Shown here piece by piece: positions 25,932 through 35,007 of a stretch of DNA of 35,219 nucleotides. The stretch is from a virus (Duplodnaviria; Caudoviricetes). The notes below the pieces were generated by a model, which was not told the DNA's origin, did not search any database, and saw nothing but the letters and a program-made list of their open reading frames with translations. The stretch spans positions 1 to 35,219 of IMG/VR virus record IMGVR_UViG_3300013005_000095; one strand, 5' to 3'. Position 1 is the stretch's first letter; each line of letters starts with the position of its first letter. The position numbers and the translations under genes were made by a program.

Positions 25932-27737
25932 ATGGCACTTATAAATAAACTATCTGCGGCATTGCAAAAAGAAGCTCGAGAATTAGCATCCAAAGCTGGA
26001 ATTAGTTTAGAGCAAGCTGCTGAAGAGGTTATAGAAAAAGAGGGGCAGAAAGTATTTGGTCTTACTGCTAAACCTGCTATTCAAGATTTTCCAACAAGTC
26101 CTGCTCAATTTTTAGGCAAAGGAACTGAGGCAGAACAAGCTAGCCTAAGACAACGGGTAGCTCCTCAAGTAGAAGAAAGTATTACAGCACGAGAGGCTTC
26201 TAAGTTTGGAAGATTTCAACCTCCACCTAAAGGCGAACTTGTGCCTGTAGGAGAAGTAAAAGACTTGTCAGGAATACCTATGCTTCCTCCGGGATATGAA
26301 GCAATCCCTAAACAGGGCGGCGGTTATAAAGTAATTCGTATTACACAAGAAAAAGGAACAGCTGCCGCTCCCAGTACCAGCTCTCTTAAAGAAGCCATAG
26401 GTCAAAATGTGCCCGCCCCTAAAGTTTCTGAAGATCTAGAAAAATTTAGTCCAGTAATGTATAAGGGAGAAGAGACTCGTATAATAGATTCTAGTGGGGA
26501 TGAAGTTCTTATTAACTATGGCGGGCCTAAGTGGGTCAAACGCTCTGAAATAGAAACAACTTCTTCTGCCCCAACAACAGCCACAAAGGCTGAACAAGTT
26601 GCAGAACCCGCTAAAGAATCGCTGTCTTCTCGTGTAAAAAAACTAACAATGCCATGGCTTGCTCCCCTTACTGCAGGCACAGCTATGACTTCCGATACAC
26701 GTCAACCGGCTCCAGTCAAATTGCTCGACAGTAAGGGCAAAGAAGTAGAAATTTCTTTTGCAGAAAATTTACAAGATAAACCTACTGAAGAGATTAAAAA
26801 TCAAACTAAAAAAGCACTAGAACAATCTACTCAGCTTGTAAAGAAAGAACCAGCTAAGGAAGATTCAAGCGCCGCCGCAGCTATTGAAGAAGCTAAAGAT
26901 CAGCCTAAACAACCAGAAGCCTTAGATAGATTTAAAGAGCAACGAGATCGAGCCTACGACTTGTATGAAAAGGCTAAGACTCGTAACGAGTGGTTAGAAG
27001 TTGCTCAATTACTTGGACAGGCTTTTACCCAATATGCCGCCGCCCAAGCTGGAATGCGTTCAGGTCGCCCCATGGCCGGACTTCAAATACCTAGCATAGA
27101 CTACGGAGCCCGCACAGAACGAGAAGCTAGAACTTTAGAAAGAACTTTAAAAGATATTGAATCTCAGCGTGAGCAAGAACAACGATTAGAGGATCGTTTA
27201 AAACGTGAAGGAATGGAGCAGGAGCGTATTGGCCTTGAGAGAAGACGGGTTGAGCTAGCAGAAAGAGAAGCACGTACTCCAAAAGAGTCTACTGAAGATA
27301 GAGAGATTCGCAGGGAAACTCGTCGAGGATTACAAAAAAAATTGGATGAGCAAGAACAATCTCTACAAAAAGCTATAGGTGCACAACAAGTTATTATCTC
27401 TGGAGATATTAGTAAGAAGCAAAAAGAGAAAGCACAGGAGACTTTACTTACGGAAGCAGCTGCAGCTGGAGTAGATTTAGAACAAGTTATTGCTAAGTCT
27501 CAAGTTCCGGGAACAATATATGGAACTAATACAGATCAAAATCTGGTATTAACTAATCTTAAAGCAGCCTTAGCTGATCTACAAAAACGAAAACAGGGCG
27601 GAGCCGTATCAGAAACGCCAGTTACTTCTGCTCCAAAACAAGATTCTCAAATATTAAACTATGCAAAACAGTATAACTTAGATTATAATCAAGCTAGGGA
27701 TATTCTAATTAAGCGGGGCTATACTCCGAAGGAATAA
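25932..27737 (+). CDS. probable internal virion / ejection protein
   Basis: 601 aa, low-complexity Pro/Ala/Glu N-terminal half and R/E coiled-coil C-terminal half; in the ejection cluster. Confidence 0.6.
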   Translation: MALINKLSAALQKEARELASKAGISLEQAAEEVIEKEGQKVFGLTAKPAIQDFPTSPAQFLGKGTEAEQASLRQRVAPQVEESITAREASKFGRFQPPPKGELVPVGEVKDLSGIPMLPPGYEAIPKQGGGYKVIRITQEKGTAAAPSTSSLKEAIGQNVPAPKVSEDLEKFSPVMYKGEETRIIDSSGDEVLINYGGPKWVKRSEIETTSSAPTTATKAEQVAEPAKESLSSRVKKLTMPWLAPLTAGTAMTSDTRQPAPVKLLDSKGKEVEISFAENLQDKPTEEIKNQTKKALEQSTQLVKKEPAKEDSSAAAAIEEAKDQPKQPEALDRFKEQRDRAYDLYEKAKTRNEWLEVAQLLGQAFTQYAAAQAGMRSGRPMAGLQIPSIDYGARTEREARTLERTLKDIESQREQEQRLEDRLKREGMEQERIGLERRRVELAEREARTPKESTEDREIRRETRRGLQKKLDEQEQSLQKAIGAQQVIISGDISKKQKEKAQETLLTEAAAAGVDLEQVIAKSQVPGTIYGTNTDQNLVLTNLKAALADLQKRKQGGAVSETPVTSAPKQDSQILNYAKQYNLDYNQARDILIKRGYTPKE

Positions 27738-27740
27738 GTC

Positions 27741-30700
27741 GTGGCTACTAATAAACTATTTGCTCCACCCACACAAGATGAACTTTCTACTTCTGCTGTA
27801 CAAAAAAAGCAGGTGGATTTATTTGCGCCCCCAACAGAGTCAGAACTATTTGCTCCTCCAACTTTGGAAGAATTACGTGCTCCACAATTAGATTCAATAC
27901 AAAAAGAAATACAAGAGCGTGGCGCTTTTGATCGTCCAGCTATAATACCCCAACAAATTACAGACGAAGAACTAAGTAAGATTGCTACAAAGTATGGCAC
28001 ATCTTCCGAAGATTTGCGTTCAGCTCTACCTTTCCTTGGCGGTATGCCAGAAAATGTTAAGGCGTCAGATGTACTTAAGGGTGCTGCTGGTTTTGCGGGA
28101 GAAGCTGTTGGTCTAGGTGTTCCACAAAAACTATACAGAATGGCTCAAGATCCTAAACAAGAGGCGGCATTAGATGAGCTTAAAGAATTAGTATCTGGCC
28201 GTAAATCCTACGTACAATATGGAGCAGAATTTCTTGCCCCCGGAATAGGTTTAGCTAAAGTGGCTAAGGCTGCTGGCGGCGGACTTAAAGGAGCCACGGC
28301 TGCAGGCGCAGTACTTGGGGCTGCCGGAGGATTTGGTGCATCCAAAGCTGGAGAAGAAGTTTCACAAACTCTTATGGGCGCAGGCACAGGAGCCGCTTTA
28401 GGATTTGGAGTACAAAAATTAGCAAGTCGATTAAGCAATAAAGGGCAGAAGGTTCTTACTCAAACAGAACAAAAAGCCATACAAGAAGTATCTGCAGATG
28501 TAGAAAAGCTGGAACAACAAACAGCTAAACAAATGCAAGAAAATCCCGGCAATGCACTTATTGAACAATATGCAATAGGTACAAAAAATGCAGACAATAT
28601 TACTTTTGAAGATGCCGATCGTATTATAAAAGCAGAATTAGGTGAAGAAGCTCAACGAGCTTATTTATCTCAAGGTAGTTCAGAAGGTAAATTATTGCTA
28701 AGTAAACTTGATGAAAACTATATTAAACAAGTAGGATATAATCAAGCAGCTACTGAACGTTTGGCTCGAGATATAATAGAAGCAGAACAGTCTTCTTATA
28801 TTCAGTCTGTTACTGGACAAAAATATACAGACTCTTTTGAAATAAAACAAGCATGGAAAGAACAGCTTCGTCAAGGAAAACAATTTGTAGCTGAAGAATT
28901 TAATAAATTTAGACTAGGACAAAAAGTAGATCAAGCAATAGAACAGCGGGGTTTACATGATATATCTCCCGAATCTAAAGTTGGTCAAATAATTAACAAA
29001 GTAAGTGATGCTCGTTTTGCATTACGAACTATAGATGAAAAATTTAAAACCTCTTTAGAGCCGACATTGGATGAGCTGTCTAAAAATAGAAACCTAATGG
29101 GAACAGTTAGGGAGACCCATAAAAAAGCTTTAGACTCTTTATATGATTTGGCAGAAAAAAGCGGTAGTTTAGAAGCAGCTAAGAATGGAAAACTATTTAA
29201 TGCCCTAGATACTGGGGACTTTAGTAAATTAACTAACAATGAAAAAACAGTAGTCGAAGCATTTAAAAAAGAATATCAAGATCTGTATAAATTTGTAACT
29301 ACTGGAATACAGGAAAAAGGAATTAAAGGATTAGATATTCCTAAGGTTGAAAATTATATTTCTCGAATGTCGGTGCCGGTTCCAGAAGCTATTGCTAAAG
29401 TTGAGATGGAACTTAGAAATGCAGTTACTGAAGCAAATAAAATATTAGGAACATCTTATTCTAATATATCTCAAATATCAAATGAACAACTTACAAAGCT
29501 AGCTAACCAGCCCGCATTTAAAAACTTACAATCTTATTTAAATTGGATTACTGGACGCCCTGTACAAATACAAAATGGCGCTCAATTAAATAAAGCCATA
29601 CAAGATTCTACTAGATCGGAAAGCTCTATACGAATGTTAGATAAAGTAGCACGAGGATCTATGGAAAGGGATGCTAAACTTGAAGGCATACCGGACTTTA
29701 TTAAAGAGAAAAATATATTTAAAGCCTTAGATAGATACTCTCAAGATATGTTGTCTAGTTTATATCAACGAGATTCATTGTCTAAAATGAAATTTTATGC
29801 GGACAGATTAGATAAACTCAACGCTAAAAACGAAGCCGAGTATGTTAGAAACATAGTAGAAGATACGTGGGGAGTTCGTAAGGGGACAGTGGCTCATTAT
29901 ATGAGAGACGCTAGGGCACAAATAGCTAGAGCATTAGATCCAAAAATTGATGAGGCTATTAAGAGGGGCAATACTACTCGAGCCTTTATCCTTAATTCTA
30001 TTAAAGGAATGGAAGATCTTCCCGGCTTTTTTGCAAAGCAGATCTACCCAAACGTATTAGGCTGGAGACCAGTACCTATTATTCAAAACGTATTTTCTGG
30101 TATTGCTCGTACTGCTCCCGAACTTGGAACTAAGTATGGATACACTACGTATATTAGAGGCCTAACCTACGCTCTAAAAAACTGGGCACAAGTCAGTGCA
30201 GAAATAAAAGCTACCGGACTTATCCCAGAATCCTTCACCCGTACAGGACAACGGGCTATAGCTGATGGCATTCGGGCCAGCAAAGCAGTAGATACAAATC
30301 TTCGGGGACTAGACGCTATATCCCAGTGGGGCATGGCTTTATATGAAAAGTCGGAACAATTAAACAGAGCAAGTATTTTAGGCATAGCTAAGATGATGAC
30401 CTACGATTTAACTCGTGGAAATAAATTAGCACAAGAAGCCCTAACTAAATTCCCCAGCTCAGTACAACGAGCAATTACTAGGGCAGGTAATAACCCTAAA
30501 CAAATTGAATCTATTCTTGCAACACACTTGAATGGCTCAACAGCGTTTAACTACAACCGCCCCTCGCTATACGAATTTGGCAGAACTATGGGCCCTATGT
30601 TTGCGACCTTTGCGAAATGGCCCACAGCAATTGCGGGAGAAATGGCATCAGAGATTAGAACTAAGGGTCTTCCCCGAGGTCTCGCTAGGTCGGCAGAGAG

Positions 30701-31109
30701 ATACGCCGCCCCGCTGCTGGCCTTCGCTGCGATAGATTATATGCTTCAGGAGCCTATAAAAGAAGTAGCAGGAGAAGACAGAGCAACGGCATTCATAGGC
30801 AAAACAGGTCTTACTAAGGCAGCTCCAGTATCTTCTCTTGCTGGATTTGTGGCGGGTGATATATTCACTCCCCCAATGATTGACACTCTGATGCAGGATA
30901 TAGTTGTTCCTGCCACTAAAGCAGAGGGCGTTAAGCTGGTTCGTGGTTTAGACCGAGCTGCATTTATGTATGCTCCCGGCGCTGGATTTATTAAGTTTGT
31001 TACAGACTTTATGCCTACTGCAATTTTTGGAGAACGTCCAGAAGGTGGGACTCAGACTGAAAGAACTGTAAGTGGGGCTGAAATGTTAAAATCTAAATTA
31101 GTTAAATAA
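27741..31109 (+). CDS. large internal virion / DNA-ejection protein
   Basis: 1122 aa, GTG start; glycine-zipper segment (GATAAGAVLGAAGGFGA…GAGTGAALGFG) and a helical C-terminal region with TAFNY…FATFAKWP as seen in large phage ejection proteins; last large gene of the arm. Confidence 0.7.
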   Translation: MATNKLFAPPTQDELSTSAVQKKQVDLFAPPTESELFAPPTLEELRAPQLDSIQKEIQERGAFDRPAIIPQQITDEELSKIATKYGTSSEDLRSALPFLGGMPENVKASDVLKGAAGFAGEAVGLGVPQKLYRMAQDPKQEAALDELKELVSGRKSYVQYGAEFLAPGIGLAKVAKAAGGGLKGATAAGAVLGAAGGFGASKAGEEVSQTLMGAGTGAALGFGVQKLASRLSNKGQKVLTQTEQKAIQEVSADVEKLEQQTAKQMQENPGNALIEQYAIGTKNADNITFEDADRIIKAELGEEAQRAYLSQGSSEGKLLLSKLDENYIKQVGYNQAATERLARDIIEAEQSSYIQSVTGQKYTDSFEIKQAWKEQLRQGKQFVAEEFNKFRLGQKVDQAIEQRGLHDISPESKVGQIINKVSDARFALRTIDEKFKTSLEPTLDELSKNRNLMGTVRETHKKALDSLYDLAEKSGSLEAAKNGKLFNALDTGDFSKLTNNEKTVVEAFKKEYQDLYKFVTTGIQEKGIKGLDIPKVENYISRMSVPVPEAIAKVEMELRNAVTEANKILGTSYSNISQISNEQLTKLANQPAFKNLQSYLNWITGRPVQIQNGAQLNKAIQDSTRSESSIRMLDKVARGSMERDAKLEGIPDFIKEKNIFKALDRYSQDMLSSLYQRDSLSKMKFYADRLDKLNAKNEAEYVRNIVEDTWGVRKGTVAHYMRDARAQIARALDPKIDEAIKRGNTTRAFILNSIKGMEDLPGFFAKQIYPNVLGWRPVPIIQNVFSGIARTAPELGTKYGYTTYIRGLTYALKNWAQVSAEIKATGLIPESFTRTGQRAIADGIRASKAVDTNLRGLDAISQWGMALYEKSEQLNRASILGIAKMMTYDLTRGNKLAQEALTKFPSSVQRAITRAGNNPKQIESILATHLNGSTAFNYNRPSLYEFGRTMGPMFATFAKWPTAIAGEMASEIRTKGLPRGLARSAERYAAPLLAFAAIDYMLQEPIKEVAGEDRATAFIGKTGLTKAAPVSSLAGFVAGDIFTPPMIDTLMQDIVVPATKAEGVKLVRGLDRAAFMYAPGAGFIKFVTDFMPTAIFGERPEGGTQTERTVSGAEMLKSKLVK
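27756..27875 (+). repeat. three LFAPPTxxEL peptide repeats
   Basis: LFAPPTQDEL, LFAPPTESEL, LFAPPTLEEL within residues 6-45. Confidence 0.9.
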
Positions 31110-31131
31110 TTACAATGAGTTATAAAATAAT

Positions 31132-31371
31132 ATGGACCTATCAAATATTAACTTGACATCATTTATGGACTTGCGTAATATATTACTTATGGGGCTGGGG
31201 TCTGCGGTACTAGCGATTCTAACGGGGAAGACCTTACGTAGACTCCTGCTCCTCCCCTTCAAACTAATATCCAGAAAAACTAAAACCAAAGAAGACGACC
31301 TCATCGTTCAAGAGGCCGCCCGAGATCTGGGCATATCGGAGGAACAAGATGTTACCGAAAGAAAAGAGTAG
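31132..31371 (+). CDS. small membrane protein, holin-like
   Basis: 79 aa; TM segment ILLMGLGSAVLAILTG then basic/amphipathic part and TKTKEDDLIV motif. Confidence 0.55.
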   Translation: MDLSNINLTSFMDLRNILLMGLGSAVLAILTGKTLRRLLLLPFKLISRKTKTKEDDLIVQEAARDLGISEEQDVTERKE

Positions 31372-31372
31372 A

Positions 31373-31654
31373 ATGAATCTTAAAATACTTGGGATGCTTC
31401 GAGATAAAGGAGCACCGTCTATGACTCCATTTCCCGGGGAGCAAGACTTCGAAGCTACGGATGTAGATTTGGACCAGATGGGCGATGTGTTGCTAGCAAA
31501 TAATACTGGGATAGAAAAGCCTAAACTTCCTATGCCGGAAGCTAAGAAGAAAAAGAAGAAGCCTGCGTCTAGCGGACGTACTGCAGAAGAGCAGGAAAGT
31601 GCTTTAGAGTTTGTTCCCGCAGACGAGACAATACAGATTGCTGGAGTAAATTAA
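31373..31654 (+). CDS. hypothetical low-complexity protein
   Basis: ATG 31373 (1 nt after upstream stop) preferred to 31349; poly-Lys run; stop overlaps the convergent stop (TTAA). Confidence 0.6.
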   Translation: MNLKILGMLRDKGAPSMTPFPGEQDFEATDVDLDQMGDVLLANNTGIEKPKLPMPEAKKKKKKPASSGRTAEEQESALEFVPADETIQIAGVN

Positions 31655-31923
31655 GGTTTCTTTTCCGGCTGGGCGTCAGGTATGCGGCTGGCTATATTAG
31701 ATAGGGCCTTGACTAGAAGTCTGTTTACTCGTGCATGATTGTTTATAATGTAATCTAGATCTGCCAGACTATCTATGATTCGAATCAAATCTGCCTCTAG
31801 TTCAGCTACTCGCTGTTCTAGGGGCAAATATGTTTTTCGGGCCTGATCGGTTTTCTTCTTGCGCTTATCTGCAAGAGACATGATCTTAGACTTTACGTCA
31901 TTATCTTCATTGTCCTTCGACAT
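31651..31923 (-). CDS. hypothetical coiled-coil protein
   Basis: Start MSKDNED at 31923 with SD AGGAAG; LEQRVAELEADL heptads. Confidence 0.65.
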   Translation of the reverse strand: MSKDNEDNDVKSKIMSLADKRKKKTDQARKTYLPLEQRVAELEADLIRIIDSLADLDYIINNHARVNRLLVKALSNIASRIPDAQPEKKP

Positions 31924-32083
31924 TTGTAACTTCCTGTTGTTCTGATTGTTGAGCAGTTGCATGTGCTTCTTGGATTCGTCGGAATAACATAGCTACTCCT
32001 TCGGCTCGCTGTCGATTATGTTGCTCTTCTACTAAAAGCTCATCAATTAATGTTTGTGCAATTTCTAGGATATTAAGTTGCAT
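31907..32083 (-). CDS. 58-aa hypothetical protein
   Basis: Own translation MQLNILEIAQTLIDELLVEEQHNRQRAEGVAMLFRRIQEAHATAQQSEQQEVTNVEGQ; SD GAGGT; fills the gap. Not in the ORF track. Confidence 0.7.
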   Translation of the reverse strand: MQLNILEIAQTLIDELLVEEQHNRQRAEGVAMLFRRIQEAHATAQQSEQQEVTNVEGQ

Positions 32084-32091
32084 ATGTTACC

Positions 32092-32499
32092 TCATGCTGG
32101 CATATAAATTCTAACGGCATAATCTAGTAGAGTCAAGTCTGTATCTTTTCTAGCAGTAAACCAGAAACCTAGTTCTTTCTTTCCCGAGTCTGGATGAATT
32201 CTATATAGTCCCTGAATCTGTCCATACTCTGCAAGGATGGGATTGGGCTCAACTTCAATAAAGTTTCTACCCTTCATATCGACGTGGGCTGCGCTTAATA
32301 TCCATACATGTTGATTTCTTTTTACACTTAGACTTACCTGAACTACTTCACTACCTTCGTCAATGACTGCGCCAATAAGTGGTATATCCAGATATAGATA
32401 GTTTTTACCTAGTATTGGTTCTACGCCGGGAGCCATCTCTAACCGCATATAGTTAGTGAGTCGGCTGCCTTTCATTAATTTAAGATAGCTAGTCTCCAT
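32092..32499 (-). CDS. hypothetical protein, possibly degenerate trimeric dUTPase fold
   Basis: 135 aa, SD AGGAG; spacing of YLDIP, VEPNPILAEYG, RIHPDSGKKELGF and DYAVRIY resembles dUTPase motifs 1-4. Confidence 0.45.
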   Translation of the reverse strand: METSYLKLMKGSRLTNYMRLEMAPGVEPILGKNYLYLDIPLIGAVIDEGSEVVQVSLSVKRNQHVWILSAAHVDMKGRNFIEVEPNPILAEYGQIQGLYRIHPDSGKKELGFWFTARKDTDLTLLDYAVRIYMPA

Positions 32500-32707
32500 G
32501 AGAATCTCCTTCTGGTTTTTTAGATAACAAAGCTAGATCGTGCAGTATACTGTCGATCCGTTCAATAGCTTCCGTTACTCTTTTTCTAGATTCTATAATT
32601 TCTGTAGTACTTATAAGGGGTACAAATGTTTGTCCGGAAGGGCCCTGATATCCGCTAGTAACTTTCTTATTAACAAAATCTACGACAAGAATTTTACTTA
32701 CTTCCAT
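32489..32707 (-). CDS. hypothetical protein
   Basis: 72 aa, short overlaps with both neighbours in a tightly packed operon. Confidence 0.6.
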   Translation of the reverse strand: MEVSKILVVDFVNKKVTSGYQGPSGQTFVPLISTTEIIESRKRVTEAIERIDSILHDLALLSKKPEGDSHGD

Positions 32708-32888
32708 TATTAGATTTCCCTATATTAGAAACGGCTATAATTAGTTCGGCCCAGAATCTGCATAGTGCTTTACGTTCTTCGTCTTCCATTTCTGCAAGAC
32801 ATCGTTTACAGTATATATCAGCCCCTATCCAAAAAGCAAGTAGATTATGCTTGGGACAAGGCTGATCTGCAAACAGTCTTAACTTCAC
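32694..32888 (-). CDS. small putative Zn-finger protein
   Basis: 64 aa, CPKH…CKRC; abuts the upstream stop. Confidence 0.6.
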   Translation of the reverse strand: MKLRLFADQPCPKHNLLAFWIGADIYCKRCLAEMEDEERKALCRFWAELIIAVSNIGKSNNGSK

Positions 32889-33119
32889 TTACAATTCCTT
32901 GCCGCCCGGATGATTTAAATCTGTTGCTTCTATTACTAGGTTTTTAGTTTTGGCTTCTAATTCTTCCAGTCTAGAATTAGCTACTGCCGTAGCCATTGCT
33001 TGAGATCGCATCAAGGCAGTCAGTGCTTGCTGTAGTTCCCCGATTACCTCCGAAACTTCCTTCTGCATTACTAGCAATTTCTGTTCTGTTACCTTGAGTC
33101 GATGTTCTAGATGTTCCAT
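32889..33119 (-). CDS. coiled-coil hypothetical protein
   Basis: 76 aa, strong SD AAGGAGGAG. Confidence 0.7.
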   Translation of the reverse strand: MEHLEHRLKVTEQKLLVMQKEVSEVIGELQQALTALMRSQAMATAVANSRLEELEAKTKNLVIEATDLNHPGGKEL

Positions 33120-33252
33120 TTGTCTCCTCCTTGCATGTACAAGACTTTACATGTTTACTTATATTATAAATTATTTTATTACAGTTGTCACAGTAATAGG
33201 CATGTAGGGAATTGCATCCGTGTATTGTAATACTGTAACCTAATGATTTCAT
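32977..33252 (-). CDS. Cys/His-rich small protein
   Basis: ATGA overlap with upstream gene; C-x3-H, CDNC, H…CTC in the first 45 aa; 3' end overlaps the next gene by 143 nt. Confidence 0.45.
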   Translation of the reverse strand: MKSLGYSITIHGCNSLHAYYCDNCNKIIYNISKHVKSCTCKEETNGTSRTSTQGNRTEIASNAEGSFGGNRGTTASTDCLDAISSNGYGSS

Positions 33253-33704
33253 TTAAATATTCCCCTCCCTACCTTTTCTTCTACAATTTTAAATCTAATT
33301 CCAATGGCATCTTCTACTGGGAACTGACTAAGGGGTTCTTCGTAGAACTCAACTCCATGCTCATCTAATATATGCCTACTGTGATGTCCCCAGTAAATAG
33401 ATATACTGTCTAATATCCTGACACCAAGTTCATACTTCCAGCCTACAGTCTTTACAGTAGTAGGATTAATCATTTCCATGTGCATATTGTTATCCCAATA
33501 TACAGCTTCTAGCATATTGACTCGCCAATCTAACTCGGACTTCGTATACCATGATCCCGTATACCACGGAGCATATGGGTCTCGAGTGCCGGGAGCCATC
33601 TTAGAATGTTTAATCTCTAACTTTTCTATATCAAATAAAGTATAGTTTCCCTCAGCCATAGCAGTAGAACTTAACATGAATGCTAACAATAATAGGTATT
33701 TCAT
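33249..33704 (-). CDS. exported protein with signal peptide, beta-rich
   Basis: MKYLLLLAFMLSSTAMA (A-x-A site); alternating aromatic strands (WKYELGVRI, ISIYWGH, AIGIRFKI); HHSRHILD. Confidence 0.65.
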   Translation of the reverse strand: MKYLLLLAFMLSSTAMAEGNYTLFDIEKLEIKHSKMAPGTRDPYAPWYTGSWYTKSELDWRVNMLEAVYWDNNMHMEMINPTTVKTVGWKYELGVRILDSISIYWGHHSRHILDEHGVEFYEEPLSQFPVEDAIGIRFKIVEEKVGRGIFK

Positions 33705-34009
33705 ATAGGCTCCTTATTGAAGTTGTATCCGATCTTCTTCTGCTCTGCCTGTAGCTCTTTCTTCTCTTGCTCATTGGAAGTTTCAGCTGCCGCCTTATTA
33801 AGCTTGCTGGCTTCTCGCAAGTCCTGCCACTGTTTCTTTCTCTGACCATCTAGATAGCTGGCCTTCAATACCACCGGGGCCCTGAGCTGGTAGTTAGCTA
33901 TGCCTCCGCATGACTGACATCGGAGGGTATCGGGCCGGGTTTCTTTCAGAGTATAAAAAGCGTCTTGTGCTGTCTCACAATCAACGCAATAATATACATA
34001 GGTAGGCAT
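33701..34009 (-). CDS. FmdB-family zinc-ribbon protein
   Basis: MPTYVYYCVDC…CQSCGG signature. Confidence 0.85.
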   Translation of the reverse strand: MPTYVYYCVDCETAQDAFYTLKETRPDTLRCQSCGGIANYQLRAPVVLKASYLDGQRKKQWQDLREASKLNKAAAETSNEQEKKELQAEQKKIGYNFNKEPI

Positions 34010-34146
34010 TAATTACCCCCAAGTTTCTTAGCCAATTCCAATTCTCGCAGATCCATAGCTGCATCTGCCACAGCATGCCAGTCTCCAAGCTCGGTTTTCA
34101 TCTTCAAGTAATCAATCATTAGTGCGATTCTTTCATCTAGATTCAT
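34009..34146 (-). CDS. 45-aa phage protein (DWHAVADAAMDLRE)
   Basis: Own translation MNLDERIALMIDYLKMKTELGDWHAVADAAMDLRELELAKKLGGN; ATGA and TAATG overlaps with both neighbours. Not in the ORF track. Confidence 0.75.
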   Translation of the reverse strand: MNLDERIALMIDYLKMKTELGDWHAVADAAMDLRELELAKKLGGN

Positions 34147-34754
34147 TTTAATTCTCCCATCATTTTATCTAGTTTACTATATAACTCAGGAATTGTTCCG
34201 TCGTTATGAATAATATAATCGAATCTATAAGTATCTAAATTACGTTCCGATGGATCTTGTGTAGTAATTTCATGACCTGCCCTCTGAATTCTAACTGTCT
34301 TAATAGAAGGCACCATGATCTTTAATGTATCTGCTTCGTTGGCGTACCGCATATCTGTTATGACATAGTTATTATGTTCGTCCTTAAGAATATGTTCTAC
34401 TACTTTTTTTACCCAATAGTTTGCATGCACAGATCTTTTAACTGAACCTTCGAGAATACATAAAGCCCGGGGAGTCCAGTATCCGCTAGATAATTCGTCG
34501 GCAAGTAGATTGTGCACAGCTTCAGAAAAAGGGTCAGTAGGAATTGCTGGCATATTTACAAGCGGCATATCCTTTTTAGTGCGATCATCCATCCAGAATC
34601 TATGGACTCCATACATCTCAGATACCATATTCTTTAGTTCATAGGCAAAAGAAATAGGGCGATATCTATACTCCTGAACTAGATGTAGTCCAGCCGTATC
34701 CTTGCCTGCACCCTTCCACCCGCTGATTGCAATTAGTTTCGGCAGTTCACCCAT
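34143..34754 (-). CDS. deoxynucleoside monophosphate kinase (T4 gp1-like)
   Basis: P-loop ISGWKGAGKDT, SFAYELK, TPR, VITDMRYANE, DPSE, IIHNDGT. Confidence 0.9.
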   Translation of the reverse strand: MGELPKLIAISGWKGAGKDTAGLHLVQEYRYRPISFAYELKNMVSEMYGVHRFWMDDRTKKDMPLVNMPAIPTDPFSEAVHNLLADELSSGYWTPRALCILEGSVKRSVHANYWVKKVVEHILKDEHNNYVITDMRYANEADTLKIMVPSIKTVRIQRAGHEITTQDPSERNLDTYRFDYIIHNDGTIPELYSKLDKMMGELK

Positions 34755-34959
34755 TGTTCATCTCCTTACGTGCATTGTTAATCTTGTCTACCAGTTCCCT
34801 AAATGGGGAATTAACTCTCCACACTTTCTCTCCCATATACGCTAGACACATAGTGATGTCTTCTACCGCAGGCTTAATTGCCTGTATTGCCTTTGGATCT
34901 ATTGCTATTGTTACTACGGTTCGGGCCTGTGAATCAAATACATCAAGCAGCATGAGCAT
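34747..34959 (-). CDS. hypothetical protein (70 aa)
   Basis: Start MLMLLD at 34959 with SD CAGGAG, preferred to 35019. Confidence 0.65.
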   Translation of the reverse strand: MLMLLDVFDSQARTVVTIAIDPKAIQAIKPAVEDITMCLAYMGEKVWRVNSPFRELVDKINNARKEMNNG

Positions 34960-34978
34960 TATATATCTCCTGTTCAGT

Positions 34979-35007
34979 ATATTATATATCGGCATTCTAT
35001 TCTGCAA
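34979..35007 (-). promoter_or_regulatory. possible sigma70-like promoter
   Basis: Minus strand TTGCAG, 17 bp, TAATAT (overlapping a TATAAT). Confidence 0.35.

Noticed and set aside
27969-28019. LysM domain (ELSKIATKYGTSSEDL)
   Set aside because: Only the helical core resembles LysM; the flanking beta-strand motifs are absent.
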